Assembly (NCBI GenBank): GCA_945877655.1
Contig: CAMCSH010000001.1
Location: 1,982 to 65,981, forward strand
Length of the DNA stretch: 64,000 nucleotides
Source: Lentisphaera araneosa HTCC2155
GTDB lineage: Bacteria; Verrucomicrobiota; Lentisphaeria; Lentisphaerales; Lentisphaeraceae
Reading direction: 5' to 3'
This document shows, piece after piece, positions 37,896 through 47,002 of this stretch. The position numbers and the translations under genes are program-made. Numbering within the stretch: position 1 is the first letter of the stretch; the number at the start of each line of letters is the position of its first letter. The notes under the pieces are model-generated. The model searched no databases. It was given only the letters and a program-made list of their open reading frames with translations, and was not told the origin of the DNA.

Positions 37896-39038
37896 TTACT
37901 TGCGGGCGTAGCGGCGGTTGTATTCAGCGACGATTTTATCCATGGCCTTCCGATCCCTCATGTCGATGCCGGCTTCTTTGGCCATGCGGACGAGCATTTC
38001 GCCGGGGCTAATGCGTCCGACTTCAGCGTCGCGCACGGATTTTTGGAAGCTCGACTGGATGGTGGGCGACAATCCGTCCACCATCTCGGCCTCTTCTTTG
38101 AGGAAGTCGATGTGCGCTGCCGTGTCGCGGCCATACGAGGCATGAAGCCATTCGAAGAAGGCAATCATCTCTTGAAAGACCAGAATTTTATGGGAGGCTG
38201 AGAATTCCTCCTCGAAGAAAATCAGGCCGCTGAGGTCTTCGAGGCTCTCAACTTCGAGAAGGTCAGGGGTGATGCGCATTTCGCAAAGACAGAGATCGAC
38301 AAAAAAGCCGAAGGCTTCACGTTGGTGGGTCTTCCAGTCCTTGCCCCGGATCTTGGCGAAGTGTGCGGTCAAGCTTTGGACATAGTTATCGACGAAATCC
38401 ACTTCAACCGGCCCGAGAAGCTTCTCGTCCCAGGCAAAATCCGGATGGCTGGCGGGTGGCAGGATCAGATCGCCGTCGTCCTCATCCTCATCATCATCCT
38501 CGTACTCATCATCATCCATGAGGTTCATATCGCCGATGATCATCGGACGGCCATCGGCTCCGCCGGTCTTGATCTCGATGCCGAAATTCTTCTGCATGAA
38601 GTCGGGCGGCAGCATCTTGGACGCCTGGCGGAAATCGGGATCGGGGGGAATGCCGAGGCTGTTAGCGACGCGCATGCCCGCTTGAATGATGGCGCAGGCG
38701 AGGTCAATCTCGATGTCAGCCTGAGCAGGCGCATCCGGGTGTTTGGACAAGGCATAAAAGGCGCTCGCCAAACTGGGATACTCTGCGACGAAAGCGTTTT
38801 TGACGCCGCGCCCGGAGAGGTCGACGAGATAACTTCCCATCAAAACCTTGTCGCCCATTTTACGGAAGATGGTGACCACCACCAAAGTGAAGTTGTCACG
38901 CGTGACGAGCCATTCCTTGTTGACCGAGCAGGCGAGGAGTGGCAGGCGCCAGGGTTCATTGCGTCCGGCCACTTCTTCTTTCCGGCGCTGCTCGGCCTTC
39001 TTCTTTTGCTCTTGTTCGCGACTGAGTTTTTTAGCCAT
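37896..39038 (-). CDS. Hypothetical protein: paralogous N-domain, acidic linker and helical C-domain
   Basis: 380 aa. The N-domain is homologous to the 37368..37883 product. It is followed by the linker DDDEYEDDDEDEDDGD and then a ~190-aa C-terminal domain. Confidence 0.65.
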   Translation of the reverse strand: MAKKLSREQEQKKKAEQRRKEEVAGRNEPWRLPLLACSVNKEWLVTRDNFTLVVVTIFRKMGDKVLMGSYLVDLSGRGVKNAFVAEYPSLASAFYALSKHPDAPAQADIEIDLACAIIQAGMRVANSLGIPPDPDFRQASKMLPPDFMQKNFGIEIKTGGADGRPMIIGDMNLMDDDEYEDDDEDEDDGDLILPPASHPDFAWDEKLLGPVEVDFVDNYVQSLTAHFAKIRGKDWKTHQREAFGFFVDLCLCEMRITPDLLEVESLEDLSGLIFFEEEFSASHKILVFQEMIAFFEWLHASYGRDTAAHIDFLKEEAEMVDGLSPTIQSSFQKSVRDAEVGRISPGEMLVRMAKEAGIDMRDRKAMDKIVAEYNRRYARK

Positions 39039-39073
39039 GGGTTTTACTCCTGAATTTCAGCTTTGTTTACAGC

Positions 39074-40405
39074 TCAATTTGAGCTTTTCTTGGCTTCGGT
39101 CAAGCGGCTCAAGGGCGTCGCCTTCAGATTCTCCAGATAGCCGCTCTGGAGATCGTTTTTCAGGTCGACGGCGCTGAGCAGAGGCAAGGCGTGTTCAGAG
39201 CGGAAGGCGAAGGGATCGGGTCCGAGAACCGCTTGTTGGACTTCGAGAAGGGAGAGTTGGCTCGGATCGCGAGCCGGGACGAAGCGGCCGTCTTCGATGG
39301 CGTCGGTGGAAAGGATGATATTGCCGCCTCGGAGCAAGGCGACGACGCGGCGGCCGAGCACCGGATCGAGACCAAGGCGCTCAAAGGCGTCTTTGGCGGT
39401 CCACGAGTCGCCGCGCTGATAATGGATCAGGTTGTCCTTGAGCAAGACGAGGCTGATGTTGAAGAGGTTTTCGCCGGGGAGTTTGCCGCGCGCGCCGCGG
39501 GGATCGTAGGTGCCGTGGTTCTGCAGGGCCTGGGCGATGTTGGCGCCGAAGAGCAGGATGTTCCACGAGATGAAGAGCCAGCCGAGGAAGAGAGGGACTG
39601 CTGCGAAGGCGCCGTAGATCGCCTGCTTGCCGCCGACGCCGATGCCGAACTTGATGAAGGCCCACTGCACCAGCATCCACGACAGGGCGGTGATGACGGC
39701 GGCAATATAGGCGTTGCGGAAGCGGACAAAAGTGTTGGGGAGGAAACGGTACATGTAGCCGAGGGCAAGAGTTTGGAAAAAGAAGGTGGTGCAGCGGGCC
39801 CCGACTTCGAGACCGGCGCTGCCCCAAGCGCCGAGGTGATTACTGATCACAGCTTGGACCTTGTCGCTGGTGAAGACGGTATTGGTGGCCGAGGCCAGAA
39901 TCATCACCAGAGGCACCATCAAGATAACTGGCAGGAATTCGCGGAACTTCTGCGGGATGCTGCGATCGTGATCGGCGCCCCAGATGACGTTCATCACCTT
40001 CTCGATCTTGCCGGCAGTGGCGACCACGGTCCAGACGAAGATGATCAAACCGGGAATGCCGAGGGTGGCGAAATTCACCTTGTCGACCGCCCCCATCAGC
40101 TGCAGGCCGATGTCGGCAACCCCGGCAGGCATCTCTTTCATGTGTTCATTAATCATCGTCTCGACTTTATGGTGGAAGCCAAGTCCCTTGGCTGCAGCGA
40201 GCATGAAGGCGAGCACCGGGACGATCGACATCAAGGTGATGTTGGTCAGCGCAGCCGCGTAAAGCAGGCAGTTGTGCTTCATGAACGAAGTGATCGCCAT
40301 CGAGGCCACGCGCAGTGTGAGATAGAGCCGGCGGACATCGGGCTTCAAGCTCGCGAGATCGGCGGTCCACAGCGTCTGCTGGAAGAAGAAAGAAAGCTTT
40401 TTCAT
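39074..40405 (-). CDS. YihY/BrkB family membrane protein with C-terminal soluble domain
   Basis: Start moved to ATG 40405 (MKKLSFFFQQ...). It has multiple TM segments. The YihY-like pattern AALTNITLMSIVPVL...FRNAYIAAVITALSWMLVQWAF fits the family. Confidence 0.7.
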   Translation of the reverse strand: MKKLSFFFQQTLWTADLASLKPDVRRLYLTLRVASMAITSFMKHNCLLYAAALTNITLMSIVPVLAFMLAAAKGLGFHHKVETMINEHMKEMPAGVADIGLQLMGAVDKVNFATLGIPGLIIFVWTVVATAGKIEKVMNVIWGADHDRSIPQKFREFLPVILMVPLVMILASATNTVFTSDKVQAVISNHLGAWGSAGLEVGARCTTFFFQTLALGYMYRFLPNTFVRFRNAYIAAVITALSWMLVQWAFIKFGIGVGGKQAIYGAFAAVPLFLGWLFISWNILLFGANIAQALQNHGTYDPRGARGKLPGENLFNISLVLLKDNLIHYQRGDSWTAKDAFERLGLDPVLGRRVVALLRGGNIILSTDAIEDGRFVPARDPSQLSLLEVQQAVLGPDPFAFRSEHALPLLSAVDLKNDLQSGYLENLKATPLSRLTEAKKSSN

Positions 40406-40572
40406 CGACGGAAGTCCTCGGTTTTTTGCAACCCGCCAATGTAGCTGCGGAAGGATTCTTGAACCGGGGCGCCAGAGATTTCCGCACGGCGTCGGCGTGC
40501 TAGAATCCAAAGAACTTTTCGATCCGGACGCAAATCTTCCGGGATACCGCGTCATACCGCCAGCCAAATGAC

Positions 40573-43119
40573 ATGAAAAACACCAGGGAAACCCGAATGA
40601 AGTCCAGCCTCCTCTGCTTCTCCGCCGTCCTCGCCCTCGCCGCTGCTTCCTGCACCAGCAGCATGCCGGTCCACGACAGCGTCAAAGCCACCGAGCTCGA
40701 AGCCAAGACCATCGCCCTGGCGCCGAAATACCGCGCCGCCACCGTCGCCATCACCCGCGTCGGCATGGGCGGCAACGGCAGCGGCGTCATCATCAGCCCC
40801 GACGGCTACGTCATGACCGCTTGCCACGTCGTCGAAAAAGCCGGCAACGAATGCATCATCATCCTCACCGACGGCCGCAAGCTGAAGGCCCTCGTCCTCG
40901 GCGTCGATCACAAAGCCGACGCCGCCCTGTGCAAGATCACCGACGGCGCTCCTGAAGGCGGCTGGCCCTTCATTCCCTGCGGCAAGACCCCGGCCCAAGG
41001 CGCCTGGGTCTGCGCCATGGGCCACGCCGGCGGAGTCGTCATCAACCGCCCCCCGCCTCTCCGCCTCGGCCGCGTCTACACCCACCCCTCCGCCCCCTAC
41101 ATCGGCACCGACTGCACCGTCGTCTCCGGTGACTCCGGCGGCCCCCTCTTCGACCTCGATGGCCATGTCGTCGGCATCAACGCCAACATCAGCATGGACA
41201 TCGATGGCAACAACCACGTCCCCGGCTCGCTCTATCTCGACAACATGGAAACCTTGAAGAAGACCGGCGAACATCTTCTGCCGCGTATCAATCCCACCGC
41301 CTCCGAGATGGAAAAACATCGCGGCCTGGTCAAACAGCAACTGGAAAGCCTCGCCAAAGGCAAAGCCGTCGACAAAGGCATGATCGACCGCGTCCTCGCC
41401 GGCTCGAAATTCAACCCTGCCAACGGTGAGTTCAAGCTCGCCGTCGACCCCGAAACTGCCAAACAGCTCGGCCTCAACGGCGCTCCTCCTCCGGCTGCTC
41501 CCGCCGCACCGTCCAAGGGCAGTGTTCAAGTCCCGGCTGAAATGGAGCCGTTCCGCAGCGTCGTCCAGCAGAACCTGGAAAAACTCGCCCCCGGCAAAAC
41601 TATCGACAAGGCGATGATCGACCGCGTCCTCGCCGGCTCGAAATTCAACCCCGAAACCAAGGCCTTCAATCTCGCCGTCGACCCCGAAACCGCCAAGCAG
41701 CTCGGCCTCGACAAAGGTGGCAAGACCCACGCCAGCGCCGGCTTCGACAAGGACCAGTTCATCCGCGGTCTCACCGTTCTCAGCCGCCAAGGCGACGAAC
41801 GCGGCAAGGCGCTCTACAAGGCAATGGTCGAAACCGGCCGCGCCGGCGCCACCCCGGACGACATGAAGAAGATCAACGAAGCCGCCAAGGAAATCCCCCG
41901 TCCCGAAGGTGAAAAATTGCCCGACTACATGCTGCCCATCGTCCGCGAAGATCTCGCCCGCAACTACTCCCGCAAGATCGGCCGCAAGATCCCTGTCGAA
42001 AAGCTGGAGGCGATGGCCAAAAAAGCCCGCTACACCCCCAAGACCGGCGACGTGCAGCTCCAGATGGACCTCAGCGCCCTGCAATCCCTCGACCTCAGCC
42101 CGAAAGAGATGCGCGAGATGTCCTGCTCCGACTCGATCAGCATCCCCGCCGAACTGCGCGACAACGGCCCCGCCGCCCTCTCCCTGATGCTCCCCGCCAA
42201 AGGCCCCGGAGCCCTCGAAATCGGCAATGCCTCCACCGTCAGCCTCTTCTCCGGCGATGACAAACTCGCCCTCGGCACCGTCATCTCCGCCGATGGCATG
42301 ATGGTCACCAAAGCCAGCCAGCTCGGCGGCAAGGACAATCTCAAGGTCCGCCTCCCCGACGGATCCTCCGTCACCGCCCAGTTGATCGGCATCGACAACA
42401 CCACCGACCTCGCCCTCTTCGACACCCACACCATCGGCCTCAAGGCGGTGATCTGGGCCGATCACAGCCCCATCCTCGGCCCCTGGCTGATCGCCCCCGG
42501 CGTCGCCGCCGACGGCTCGCCCGCGGTCGCCATCGTCAGCGTCGACACCCGGCCCATCCCCCGCATCATGCCCCTCGACATGAGCCTCGGCCGCCGCGCT
42601 CTGCTCGGTATCGCGCCGGAGACCAAGAACGGCGGCAAGGGCTATATCATCGCCACCGTTGCTCCCGATTCGGCCGCGGAAAAAGCCGGTCTGCACATCG
42701 GCGACACCATCGTCGAAGTCGACGGCAAAAAACTCGAGGGCTTGGAGATGCTCGGCAAGATCGTCGCCGACAAGGCGCCCGGCACCAAGCTACCGCTGAA
42801 GATCAAGCGTGGCGACGCCGAGCTGAGCTTGACTCCCGAGCTTCAAGCTCCCGGTGAGATGGGCGGAGGCAACGCCGCCGGCGTCACCGACCTGATCGGT
42901 CAGGCCGCTGGCGACCTGAGCAAGCGCCGCACCGACTTCCCCGCCGTCTTCCAGCACGACGGCGTGGTCTGGGCCAGCGCCTGCGGCGGCCCGGTTCTCG
43001 ACCTCCACGGCCGCTGCGTCGGCGTCGACATCGCCCGCTTCGACCGCATCTGCACCTTCGCGCTCCCTGCCAGCGAAGTGCAAGCTTCGGTGAAACGCAT
43101 CCTCGCTGCCCGCCGCTGA
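40573..43119 (+). CDS. Large secreted lipoprotein: trypsin-like protease, duplicated 78-aa module, second trypsin-like region and PDZ
   Basis: Lipobox LALAAASCTS (alternative start ATG 40597). Contains TACHVV, DAALCKI and GDSGGPLFD. The PDZ-like region reads GYIIATVAPDSAAEKAGLHIGDTIVEVDGKKL. Confidence 0.75.
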   Translation: MKNTRETRMKSSLLCFSAVLALAAASCTSSMPVHDSVKATELEAKTIALAPKYRAATVAITRVGMGGNGSGVIISPDGYVMTACHVVEKAGNECIIILTDGRKLKALVLGVDHKADAALCKITDGAPEGGWPFIPCGKTPAQGAWVCAMGHAGGVVINRPPPLRLGRVYTHPSAPYIGTDCTVVSGDSGGPLFDLDGHVVGINANISMDIDGNNHVPGSLYLDNMETLKKTGEHLLPRINPTASEMEKHRGLVKQQLESLAKGKAVDKGMIDRVLAGSKFNPANGEFKLAVDPETAKQLGLNGAPPPAAPAAPSKGSVQVPAEMEPFRSVVQQNLEKLAPGKTIDKAMIDRVLAGSKFNPETKAFNLAVDPETAKQLGLDKGGKTHASAGFDKDQFIRGLTVLSRQGDERGKALYKAMVETGRAGATPDDMKKINEAAKEIPRPEGEKLPDYMLPIVREDLARNYSRKIGRKIPVEKLEAMAKKARYTPKTGDVQLQMDLSALQSLDLSPKEMREMSCSDSISIPAELRDNGPAALSLMLPAKGPGALEIGNASTVSLFSGDDKLALGTVISADGMMVTKASQLGGKDNLKVRLPDGSSVTAQLIGIDNTTDLALFDTHTIGLKAVIWADHSPILGPWLIAPGVAADGSPAVAIVSVDTRPIPRIMPLDMSLGRRALLGIAPETKNGGKGYIIATVAPDSAAEKAGLHIGDTIVEVDGKKLEGLEMLGKIVADKAPGTKLPLKIKRGDAELSLTPELQAPGEMGGGNAAGVTDLIGQAAGDLSKRRTDFPAVFQHDGVVWASACGGPVLDLHGRCVGVDIARFDRICTFALPASEVQASVKRILAARR

Positions 43120-43140
43120 GCTCAACCTCGTCTGAAAGCG

Positions 43141-43168
43141 CCCCACCGGTTTTCCGGCGGGGTTTTTT
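43141..43168 (+). terminator. Intrinsic terminator after the protease gene
   Basis: ccccaccgg-tttt-ccggcgggg followed by TTTTTT. Confidence 0.7.
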
Positions 43169-43201
43169 CGATCCTGACTGAGAGAAAAGGAGCCAGAACT
43201 C

Positions 43202-43924
43202 TCACAGACCTGAGCCGAGGGATGGCTGGGCATTTTCCAGCACCGCCCTGATCTCGCCCCAAGGGGTGCCGGCATCGATACGCAGCAAGCGCCGCGCGGG
43301 GCTGTCTTCAATCCACAGACTCAGGCTGGCCTCGTCTTCGCCCAGGCGAAGTAAGCCTTCGAGATCGGCCATGTCAGGGCGAATGAGGAAGCAGTCCCTG
43401 CCGGCAAGTTCCTTGCGCTCGACTTGCGCTGTGACGCGGGCGATTTTTTTGCCATCCGTGAGAACGAAAGAGAGTTCTTGGCCGGGGGTCAGCGGACCGC
43501 GACGCAGGGCGTAGATCAGGCTGAGGGGGTCGAGGCAGAAGGGGGCCTGCGGGAGCGTCTGCCGCAACTCGGCATCTCGATAGCGGCGAATCCGCTTTTG
43601 AGCCCAATCGAATTCCAGCGATTTGAGGTGTTTGCCGCCGTCTTCCCGGTAAGACAAGGAGCGATCCAGATTCAGGCTGGCGCTGGCTTCGATGTGGGCG
43701 TGAGTCGAATGCAGCAGGCCTAGAGCGCCGCTGGTGTCGAAATCAAAGAGGAAGACCGAACGGTCGGATTCGCGCGAGCTTTGCAGTCGGGCTCGCCCCA
43801 CGGTCAGGCCCTGCCAGGTCAATCGATAGAGATCTTCCTGTCCATTCTCGGGTAAAAACTTTTCGCCGGATGAGCATCCGGCGAAAAATTCAACTGTCGC
43901 TGCTAGGAAGAGACGGCGATCCAT
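43202..43924 (-). CDS. DUF3108-like lipoprotein
   Basis: MDRRLFLAATVEFFAGCSS... starts at ATG 43924, internal to the called 462-aa ORF. LYRLTWQGLTVGRARL resembles DUF3108. Confidence 0.55.
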   Translation of the reverse strand: MDRRLFLAATVEFFAGCSSGEKFLPENGQEDLYRLTWQGLTVGRARLQSSRESDRSVFLFDFDTSGALGLLHSTHAHIEASASLNLDRSLSYREDGGKHLKSLEFDWAQKRIRRYRDAELRQTLPQAPFCLDPLSLIYALRRGPLTPGQELSFVLTDGKKIARVTAQVERKELAGRDCFLIRPDMADLEGLLRLGEDEASLSLWIEDSPARRLLRIDAGTPWGEIRAVLENAQPSLGSGL

Positions 43925-44343
43925 CAGACCACCTCGATACTCCAGGTGATTTTGACCTTGGGTTGCAGCATGTGGGCGACGGAGCAGTATTTCTCGACGG
44001 AGAGATCGGCAGCGCGCTGCAATTTGTCTGCAGGAACGCCGCTGGCCTTGAAGGTCATGTGGATGTCGGTGAAGACGGCGGGAACGGCGTCGGCGCGGGT
44101 GGCATCGACGCTGATTTCCATGGTCCCGGGGGGTAGACGCATCTTTTCCAGTATCAAAACGATGTCGACGGCGGAGCAGCCGGCGAGGCCCATGAGGACC
44201 ATTTCCATCGGGCGGGTGCCACTGTCCTGGCCGCCGACCGAGGGCGGACCGTCGAGACGGACCTGGTGGCCTTGGCCGCTGACGCAGTTGAAGGCGACGC
44301 CGCTGTCGCGGACGAGTTTGATGTTCATAGTTCCTGCAGCCAT
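43924..44343 (-). CDS. OsmC family peroxiredoxin-like protein
   Basis: 139 aa. ...RPMEMVLMGLAGCSAVDIV...KYCSVAHML carries the two conserved Cys of OsmC/Ohr. Its stop overlaps the downstream start (ATGA). Confidence 0.75.
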   Translation of the reverse strand: MAAGTMNIKLVRDSGVAFNCVSGQGHQVRLDGPPSVGGQDSGTRPMEMVLMGLAGCSAVDIVLILEKMRLPPGTMEISVDATRADAVPAVFTDIHMTFKASGVPADKLQRAADLSVEKYCSVAHMLQPKVKITWSIEVV

Positions 44344-44345
44344 GA

Positions 44346-44660
44346 TCAATTCTCCGTGGTGAAGCCGGCGGCGGCGAGGGCATCGAAGCCTTCCGGCAGG
44401 GCGATGACTTGGGTGAATCCAGCTTCCTCGAGGAGAGGCTTTCCTTGCAGGACGCGGCGGCCGCTGCGGCAGTGGATGTAGGTTTTTTTCGACAGGTCCA
44501 ATTCCGTCGGGATGTCGCCGCCATTGATGCCGGAGAGGGGACAGAAGACGGCTTGGGCGAGGTGGCCGGCTTTCCATTCATCCCATTCACGGATGTCGAG
44601 GAGCTGGGCGCTGCCGCTGGCGAGTTCTTGGCGGAGGGTTTCGAGTTCGGGTCGGGGCAT
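44346..44660 (-). CDS. Rhodanese-domain sulfurtransferase
   Basis: 104 aa. LLDIRE..EW..GHL and the active-site loop HCRSGRR. Confidence 0.8.
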   Translation of the reverse strand: MPRPELETLRQELASGSAQLLDIREWDEWKAGHLAQAVFCPLSGINGGDIPTELDLSKKTYIHCRSGRRVLQGKPLLEEAGFTQVIALPEGFDALAAAGFTTEN

Positions 44661-44734
44661 GGGTGTCAGGTCCAGTGGTTTTTGCTAGGCGTCAATTCTA
44701 TTCCATTTCGGCGATTGGCATCGCTTGATGACAC

Positions 44735-46150
44735 TCAGCGCTGAGCGGATTTGCCGAAATTTTTCTGGTACAGGGCGTAGCCTTCATCGGAGCCGCACTC
44801 GGCGCTTTTAAGGAGAAATTTCTCCGCCTGGACGAGGTCGACTTTGACGCCGATGCCGTTGAGATAGCAGCGGCCGAGTTCGCACAGGGCGTCGGCGTGG
44901 TCTTGCAGGGCGGCGAGCTGGATCAGCGACTGGGCCATGATCAGATCTTGTTTGACTTCCTTGCCTTCGAGATACATGCGGCCGAGGACGAACTGGGCCT
45001 GGGCGTAGCCGGCATCAGCGGCCTGGCGGTAGAGCTTGATGGCTTCCGGCAGATCGACTTTGCAGCCATTGCCGTTGGCCTTGCAGGCGCCGAGGTTGTA
45101 GAGGCCTTGGGGGTTCTTGTCTTTCGAGGCTTTTTCGTACCAGCGGACCGCTTCGGTCATGTCGGAGGGGACGCCGCGGCCGACAGCGTAGCAGTTGCCG
45201 ATGGCGACTTGGGCGGGAGAGAAGTTCTGGTCGGCGGCGCGTTGCAGCCAGCGGAAGCCGACCTGGTTGTCTTTGCGGACTCCTTGGCCGTTCTGGTAGC
45301 ACCAGCCCATGCGGGCTTCGGCTTCCGGGGCGCCGTTGTCGGCGGCGCGCATCACCCATTGCATGGCTTCCTGCGGATTGGGTTCGGCCATGCCGGTGCC
45401 GTTGATGTAGAAGTCGGCCATTTTGAGCTGCGAATAGGAGTCGCCGTTTTCCGCGCCGATGCGATAGAGCTTGACCGCCTTGGGGATGTCTTTAGGCCCG
45501 CCGAGGCCTTGTTCGGAGTAGGCGGCGAGGCGTTTCACCGCCCGCATGTCGCGGCTGATTTCGACGGCGTTTTCGTAGTAGGGGCGGGCGCTTTCGTATT
45601 CGCCGCGGCCGTCGAGGATCTGGGCGGCGTTGATGTTAGCCGGGCCGAAGCCGAAGTCGGCGGCTTTCTGATACAGCTTCAGAGCTTCGTCGGCGCTGCG
45701 CTCGACGCCTTCGCCCTTCCAGTACAGGCCGGCGAGGTTGAACATGTTGGAGCGGTCGTTCAGGTCGGATCCCTTGCGCCACAATTCCGCTGCTTTTTTG
45801 GCATCTTTTTCGAGGCCGAGGCGGCCGTAGTAGTAGCAGACGCCGAGCTCCAGGATGGCCTTCGGTTTGTTCTCTTTGGCCTTGTCTTCAAGCTCGCTGA
45901 GCTTCTTCTTGCGGTCTTCTTCTTTTTCCTCTTCCTTGCTCATCGCGGCGACGTCGGGATCGCTGTCGATGGCGGGGGCGATGACGGTCCCCTTGCTGGT
46001 GGGGCGGGTGTTGGTCGCCGCGGCAGGGTTGGGGCCGGGGTTGGGCTTGGGCGAGGGAAGGACGGTGGGGGGAATCGGGGCCGGTGCAGCGTTTTGGGCG
46101 AAAGCAGCCGTCGGGGCGAGCAAAGTCAGGAAAACAGGGATGTAACGCAT
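44735..46150 (-). CDS. Secreted Sel1-repeat (TPR-like) protein
   Basis: Start at ATG 46150 (signal peptide MRYIPVFLTLLAPTAAFA). It has about 10 repeats of the A..W..KAA..G...A...LG..Y..G.GV..D type. Confidence 0.8.
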   Translation of the reverse strand: MRYIPVFLTLLAPTAAFAQNAAPAPIPPTVLPSPKPNPGPNPAAATNTRPTSKGTVIAPAIDSDPDVAAMSKEEEKEEDRKKKLSELEDKAKENKPKAILELGVCYYYGRLGLEKDAKKAAELWRKGSDLNDRSNMFNLAGLYWKGEGVERSADEALKLYQKAADFGFGPANINAAQILDGRGEYESARPYYENAVEISRDMRAVKRLAAYSEQGLGGPKDIPKAVKLYRIGAENGDSYSQLKMADFYINGTGMAEPNPQEAMQWVMRAADNGAPEAEARMGWCYQNGQGVRKDNQVGFRWLQRAADQNFSPAQVAIGNCYAVGRGVPSDMTEAVRWYEKASKDKNPQGLYNLGACKANGNGCKVDLPEAIKLYRQAADAGYAQAQFVLGRMYLEGKEVKQDLIMAQSLIQLAALQDHADALCELGRCYLNGIGVKVDLVQAEKFLLKSAECGSDEGYALYQKNFGKSAQR

Positions 46151-46249
46151 GATTCTCTCCGGTTCGGGGGCTATCGCACAAGGGTCGCCCCGTGTAAATT
46201 GGCGTGAAGGGAAGATAATCCGGTTAAACCATTTTGATAAGGGTCCTCC

Positions 46250-46996
46250 ATGCACTCGCTCAACGATGAAATTCTCAAAACGCTCCTTAGCGCCAGTGCG
46301 GATCCGCAAGAAACAGTATCCCGCCTCGCGGCTCTGCTCAGCCAGCCGCTCGACGGACTGCTGATCGACCACGACCGCGAGCGCCGCTGCGGCTTCCCGG
46401 AAGTGATCTACGGCCAAGGCAAGACGCCGGAGCAGATCGCCGCCGCGGCCAAGGCCATCCTGGGGCGCTCCGGCCGCTTGTTCGCCACCCGCGTCGATCT
46501 TGCCGCCGGAGCCGGTCTGGCCTTGGAATTGGGAGCCGATTACGATCCTCTGTCACGCACGCTTCTGGTGCCCCCGGCGCAATTCCAGGCGTCGCGCATC
46601 GTCGTCGTCTGCGCCGGAACTTCGGATCTGCCCGTCGCTCGCGAGGCGATGCGCAGCCTGGCTTATTTCGGTTTCGAGGCGGAGCTGATTTGTGATGTCG
46701 GCGTCGCCGGCTTGCATCGCCTGAATTCCGCTCTGCCGCGCCTGCAGCAGGCAGAGATTCTGATCGTCTGCGCCGGCATGGAAGGGGCGCTTCCTTCGGT
46801 CCTCGGCGGCCTCTTGTCGTGCCCTCTGATCGCGGTGCCGACTTCGACTGGTTACGGCGCGGGCGGCGGCGGCTGGGCGGCCCTCCTGGCGATGCTCAAT
46901 TCCTGCGCCAGCGGCATCAGTGTCGTCAACATCGACAACGGCTTCGGCGCCGCTTGCGCCGCATCCCGGATGATGAAGTTCCGCAAGGGCGAGTGA
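46250..46996 (+). CDS. larB: Nickel-pincer cofactor biosynthesis protein LarB (PurE-like carboxylase/hydrolase)
   Basis: DHDRERRCGFPEVIYGQGKT... followed by the PurE-like domain VVCAGTSDLPVAREA...IVCAGMEGALPSVLGG; 248 aa. Confidence 0.75.
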   Translation: MHSLNDEILKTLLSASADPQETVSRLAALLSQPLDGLLIDHDRERRCGFPEVIYGQGKTPEQIAAAAKAILGRSGRLFATRVDLAAGAGLALELGADYDPLSRTLLVPPAQFQASRIVVVCAGTSDLPVAREAMRSLAYFGFEAELICDVGVAGLHRLNSALPRLQQAEILIVCAGMEGALPSVLGGLLSCPLIAVPTSTGYGAGGGGWAALLAMLNSCASGISVVNIDNGFGAACAASRMMKFRKGE

Positions 46997-47002
46997 TCCG
47001 GA

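Noticed and set aside
43202-44590. Called 462-aa ORF spanning the whole rhodanese/OsmC/DUF3108 region.
   Set aside because: Only the C-terminal 240 aa (from ATG 43924, with a lipoprotein signal) look like a real protein. The N-terminal 220 aa are Arg/Pro-rich and overlap the well-supported OsmC and rhodanese genes in other frames.
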